Source: Halalkalibacterium halodurans (GTDB lineage Bacteria > Bacillota > Bacilli > Bacillales > Bacillaceae_D). Taken from it: a DNA stretch of 8,746 bases. The notes under the pieces were generated by a model, which saw only the letters and a list, made by a program, of their open reading frames with translations, was not told where the DNA came from and did not search any database. Location of the stretch: positions 1 through 8,746 of the forward strand of contig NZ_SNUY01000100.1 of assembly GCF_004376175.1 (NCBI RefSeq), in the 5' to 3' direction. A program made the position numbers and the translations under genes. Shown here piece after piece: positions 5,884 through 8,746 of this stretch (position 1 is its first letter; the number at the start of each line of letters is the position of its first letter).

Positions 5884-7299
5884 CTAGTTATGTCCCAGCC
5901 TCTTAACATATTGGAGGAAATCTTTTAATTGTCCATTCTTATATAATTCAATGTGAAGGTGAACACCTGTTGAATTACCCGTTTCACCCATTACGCCAAT
6001 TTGTGTTCCTTTTGAGACCGTTTGACCTGTTTGCACGGAAAGGGACTTCATATGAGAATAGGTTGTTTTATATCCATTGTTATGTGTAATCTCGACCTTA
6101 TTTCCATAGCCTCCTGACCAACCTGCAAAAGTAACCGTCCCATTGTCAGCAGCTAAAATATCGAGTCTACTTGGTCTTGCAATATCTGTCCCTTGATGCA
6201 TTCTTCCCCATCGTTGTCCCATTTTACTAGAAACGTAGCCCCCAACTGTCGGCCAGGCAAATTGACCCGTTCCGCGTGAAGGGATAACCTTTGTCCCTTT
6301 AATGATAATTTCTGGTATGGGTTCTTCTACAATCGTTTCATCTATTATCTCTTCTTTAACAACAGATCCATTCTTTTTTGTGAGTTGATAAAGCACATCT
6401 TTCTTTCCGTTCTTCCCTTGTTGTTTTATCTTGCTGTCACCTTTATACATCGTATCGTCTTCAACGATTTTCGTTTCGAATTCAATCTCTTCAGCTTTAT
6501 TTAGTTTTTCTTTTACTATAATGTCTGTCAACGGTTGATAGTCTGTTACGATAAGTGGTTGTCCAATTTGAAGGACGTGATCATTTTTATATTCCGGGTT
6601 TAGTTTGAGCAACTCATCAATTGTCAATTGATATTTTTGGGCAATTGTACTTAGTGCATCGCCTTGTTGAATAAGATACTCTTTTTCCTGTAAACTTCCT
6701 TTAATGATATAGTTTACGGCTTCATCAACTGAAAGAATGTCGTCTGGACTAACTTGACCAGAAGTAATAGTTGGTTGTGTTGAATAAGAAACATCTAGAA
6801 CCTGGCTTTTGTTGTCACTCTTTTGCTCGCTGTTGGTCAGTGCATTAAGATCTTCGCTTGACACAAACCGTAATTTCAATTGGTTTAGCGTTTCTTCTGC
6901 ATCTTCTTTTTCTTTTAAATATAAAAATTGATCCTCGAATTCAAGCTTACTAGCTACCGCTTCAATCGTTACATTTTCTTTAATCCAACTTAAAATTTGC
7001 TCATCAGAAGTATCTGGAAAAAATGTGTGTTCTGGGATATATGTAATATTTTTTGAAGTGGTCAACTCTAGATCTTTGTAAGTCTTGTCTAAGTTATCAA
7101 TTTTAGCTAGAATCAGATCATTTATGAGTTCTTTATTGCTTATTGTTCCGATGCGTTTATCATCAATGAGTACATGATAAATAACCGGTATGTAATCATG
7201 ATTATCAGCGGCTAAAACAGATAAAGGAATGACAGTAGTAAATAAAATAATGAGATTCATCACCACTTTTAGTGATTTAAACAAAAAAGAAGAAAACAC
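5884..7299 (-). CDS. Secreted LysM-domain, G5-like-domain M23 family metallo-endopeptidase (peptidoglycan hydrolase); start codon uncertain (GTG 7299 or ATG 7260)
   Basis: The M23 catalytic motifs are HQGTD (6184-6198) and HLH (5953-5961), with a GYGNKVEITH…GETGNSTG context. LysM is YLIQQGDALSTIAQKYQLTIDELLKLNP. The G5-like stretch is KGDSKIKQQGKNGKKDV…IIKGTK. The N-terminal signal peptide is …LIILFTTVIPLSVLA|AD. The first 13-15 codons lie inside the IS left terminal repeat. Confidence 0.88.
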   Translation of the reverse strand: MFSSFLFKSLKVVMNLIILFTTVIPLSVLAADNHDYIPVIYHVLIDDKRIGTISNKELINDLILAKIDNLDKTYKDLELTTSKNITYIPEHTFFPDTSDEQILSWIKENVTIEAVASKLEFEDQFLYLKEKEDAEETLNQLKLRFVSSEDLNALTNSEQKSDNKSQVLDVSYSTQPTITSGQVSPDDILSVDEAVNYIIKGSLQEKEYLIQQGDALSTIAQKYQLTIDELLKLNPEYKNDHVLQIGQPLIVTDYQPLTDIIVKEKLNKAEEIEFETKIVEDDTMYKGDSKIKQQGKNGKKDVLYQLTKKNGSVVKEEIIDETIVEEPIPEIIIKGTKVIPSRGTGQFAWPTVGGYVSSKMGQRWGRMHQGTDIARPSRLDILAADNGTVTFAGWSGGYGNKVEITHNNGYKTTYSHMKSLSVQTGQTVSKGTQIGVMGETGNSTGVHLHIELYKNGQLKDFLQYVKRLGHN

Positions 7300-7327
7300 T
7301 CACAGATTCCTGGCAATAATGTTAGTG
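7254..7327. repeat. Left terminal inverted repeat region of the IS (two homology blocks split by a 19-nt A-rich insert at 7277-7295)
   Basis: By-eye alignment to the reverse complement of 8694-8746 gives two blocks. Block 1 (7254-7276) matches at 17 of 23 positions. Block 2 (7296-7327) matches at about 25 of 32 columns. Confidence 0.6.
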
Positions 7328-7356
7328 CTAACCAAACAAACCAGGAGGGTCTGAAA

Positions 7357-8550
7357 GTGTTTTCCGTATCACTAGAATTGCCGGAATTTAAAGTTGTTAA
7401 ACAAGTATTTCATGAAGAGTTTTTCCAACTCAATGTTGTAAAAAAATCAACGGAAGAGCGTTGCCCGTATTGTGGGTTTCTTACTAATCATGTCCACGAC
7501 AGACGTACACGTAAAGTACGTGACTTAAAGGTACTTGATAAGCCACTCTTTCTGTTTGTTCAAGTGAATCGTTTTCGTTGCTTCAATTGTGATGAAGTGT
7601 TCACACAGACGTTTGAGTCTATTCAACCAAATAAGCATCAAACAAATCGCTATCGAGAGTATCTCTATGAGCAGTGTCTTGGCTCAACCATCAGAATGGT
7701 GAGCGAAAAAGAAAACATTCCTTATACTACATTAGAACGCCTTTTCTATTCAATCGCCACAGAAAAGGAAATCGAGCATATAAACGAGCTCGAAGAGAAC
7801 TTGCGGGACGAAGAGCTCGTCATTAGTATCGACGAAGTCGCTGTCCGAAAAGGACATCGATACGAAACGGTTTTAATGGATGCCAAGACTGGTCGGGTAT
7901 TAGCGATGGAAGAGAACCGAAGCTTTGAATCCACTCAACTCCTTTTAACAAAGAACTTACTCTCTCAGTCGTGTGTAGAAACGGTTGTCGTCGATATGTG
8001 GAAGCCGTTCCATAAAGCCATCCAAACGCTATTTCCAGCTGCTTGTCTTGTCATTGATAAATACCATGTCGTTCAAAAAGTGACTCAAGCTTTAGATCAA
8101 GTTAGAAAACGGTTTCCAACACTTAAAAAAGGTAGATTTGCCTTATTAAAAGGCTACGAAAATCTAACTGAACAACAAAAGCAACAGCTAGAAGGATGGC
8201 TCGACGAACATGATGAATTGGCCTTGGCTTACTACTTAAAAGAATCATTCCGTGACTTCTACCAAGCCAGTGACTATGACACAGCTGAAGAACTATTAGA
8301 TAACTGGATCAATGAAGCAAAAGCAAGCCCATTTAGAGCTTATCAAGAGGTTGCCAGAACACTGGAGAAGTGGAAAGCATCTATCCTTCAGTACTTTCTC
8401 ACTCCGTACACTAATGGTCGAATTGAAGGAACAAACCATAAAATTAAAAACATCAAAAGGCGAGCATATGGCTTTCGAAATATCCAACGATTTCGCTTAC
8501 GTGTATTTTTGGAGTGTACGGGAAAAACTAATGAAAAACAGGCAGCTTAA
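7357..8550 (+). CDS. ISL3-family transposase (397 aa)
   Basis: The N-terminal zinc-finger pattern CPYCG…RFRCFNC is followed by …IDEVAVRKGHRYETVLMD…VVVDMWKPFHKAI…IDKYHV…NGRIEGTNHKIKNIKRRAYGFRN, which is typical of ISL3/IS204/IS1001 transposases. The start is a GTG with AGGAGG (7343-7348) 8 nt upstream. Confidence 0.93.
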   Translation: MFSVSLELPEFKVVKQVFHEEFFQLNVVKKSTEERCPYCGFLTNHVHDRRTRKVRDLKVLDKPLFLFVQVNRFRCFNCDEVFTQTFESIQPNKHQTNRYREYLYEQCLGSTIRMVSEKENIPYTTLERLFYSIATEKEIEHINELEENLRDEELVISIDEVAVRKGHRYETVLMDAKTGRVLAMEENRSFESTQLLLTKNLLSQSCVETVVVDMWKPFHKAIQTLFPAACLVIDKYHVVQKVTQALDQVRKRFPTLKKGRFALLKGYENLTEQQKQQLEGWLDEHDELALAYYLKESFRDFYQASDYDTAEELLDNWINEAKASPFRAYQEVARTLEKWKASILQYFLTPYTNGRIEGTNHKIKNIKRRAYGFRNIQRFRLRVFLECTGKTNEKQAA

Positions 8551-8563
8551 CAGCTTACAAATT

Positions 8564-8667
8564 CCTTCATCAGCTAGCCAAAGGGTAGTTGGTAGGTTGA
8601 AACCCGTCAAGGAACCCACTTGACCGCTTTCAACCTACCAACTGAATGGTGCCTAAGCAGATGAAGG
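8564..8667. repeat. 104-nt compound inverted repeat / long hairpin between the transposase stop and the right IR
   Basis: Three nested stems are visible. The outer one pairs CCTTCATC (8564-8571) with GATGAAGG (8660-8667). The middle one is a perfect 16-bp stem, AGTTGGTAGGTTGAAA (8587-8602) with TTTCAACCTACCAACT (8628-8643). The inner one pairs GTCAAG (8606-8611) with CTTGAC (8619-8624) around a 7-nt loop. Confidence 0.6.
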
Positions 8668-8693
8668 AGTTCGACTAGATTAGTATCTAATCT

Positions 8694-8746
8694 CGCTAAC
8701 TTTATTTCTGGAATTGTGCGTGTACCACAGAAAGTGGTGAAGAGAC
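8694..8746. repeat. Right terminal inverted repeat region of the IS
   Basis: The reverse complement, GTCTCTTCACCACTTTCTGTGGTACACGCACAATTCCAGAAATAAAGTTAGCG, aligns with 7254-7327. A small hairpin, AGATTAG-tat-CTAATCT, lies just inside at 8677-8693. Confidence 0.6.

Larger units (their letters stand above)
7254..8746 (+). mobile_element. ISL3-family insertion sequence, at least 1.49 kb; right end at or just beyond the window edge
   Basis: A single ISL3-type transposase gene is flanked by imperfect terminal inverted repeats. The reverse complement of the right end starts GTCTCTTCACCACTTT, close to the GGCTCTTC-type termini I recall for ISL3. The left end reads GATTCATCACCACTTT. The left boundary is uncertain by about 8 nt. 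Confidence 0.8.

Noticed and set aside
7746-8623. 62-aa and 63-aa antisense ORFs and a 103-aa alternative-frame ORF within or overlapping the transposase gene
   Set aside because: All overlap the ISL3 transposase frame. The 103-aa ORF runs into the long hairpin and has no start context. It could conceivably be a frameshift product, but ISL3 transposases are not known to me to use programmed frameshifting.
8564-8667. tRNA or tmRNA-like gene suggested by the stacked stems
   Set aside because: The structure is a single long hairpin, not a cloverleaf. There are no T-loop (GTTCRANNC) or D-loop signatures and no acceptor/CCA geometry.
1-8746. CRISPR arrays, tandem repeats, rRNA/tRNA genes, riboswitch-like leaders
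   Set aside because: No regularly spaced direct repeats and no conserved RNA motifs were seen on either strand. The intergenic regions are short and are accounted for by promoters, operators and terminators.

Overview
This is a low-GC, Bacillaceae-like metal and envelope homeostasis region, partly decayed and bordered by an insertion sequence. No rRNA, tRNA or CRISPR array is visible.

Minus strand, 119-2826: four tightly packed genes form an apparent operon, copC-like, copD-like, bdbD and bdbC. copC and copD overlap by 4 nt (ATGA). bdbD and bdbC are 4 nt apart.

Plus strand, diverging from a shared 140-bp control region: a pI258-type cadC-cadA operon.
- It has a TTGACA/TAGACT promoter and a 20-bp near-palindromic operator.
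- cadC and cadA overlap by 8 nt.
- cadA carries an in-frame TGA exactly at the first Cys of its N-terminal HMA CXXC motif. A perfect 7-bp stem-loop lies just downstream of that TGA.
- A 32-nt perfect palindrome terminator closes the operon.

Downstream of cadA:
- An 86-aa N-terminal remnant of a FAD-dependent (CzcO-like) oxidoreductase.
- A bidirectional terminator.
- A convergent secreted LysM/G5-like/M23 peptidase gene.
- An ISL3-family IS of about 1.49 kb. Its left terminal repeat overlaps the 5' end of the peptidase ORF, and its right end coincides with the window end.

Most notable observations:
- The TGA-for-Cys in cadA, which is either a nonsense pseudogene or selenocysteine recoding.
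- The junction between the IS and the peptidase gene.
- An unexplained 104-nt compound hairpin inside the IS.
- The coupling of copCD with bdbDC.
- A second, split copy of the cad operator half-sites over the divergent promoter.

All homology calls come from reading the translations by eye. No database search was run.
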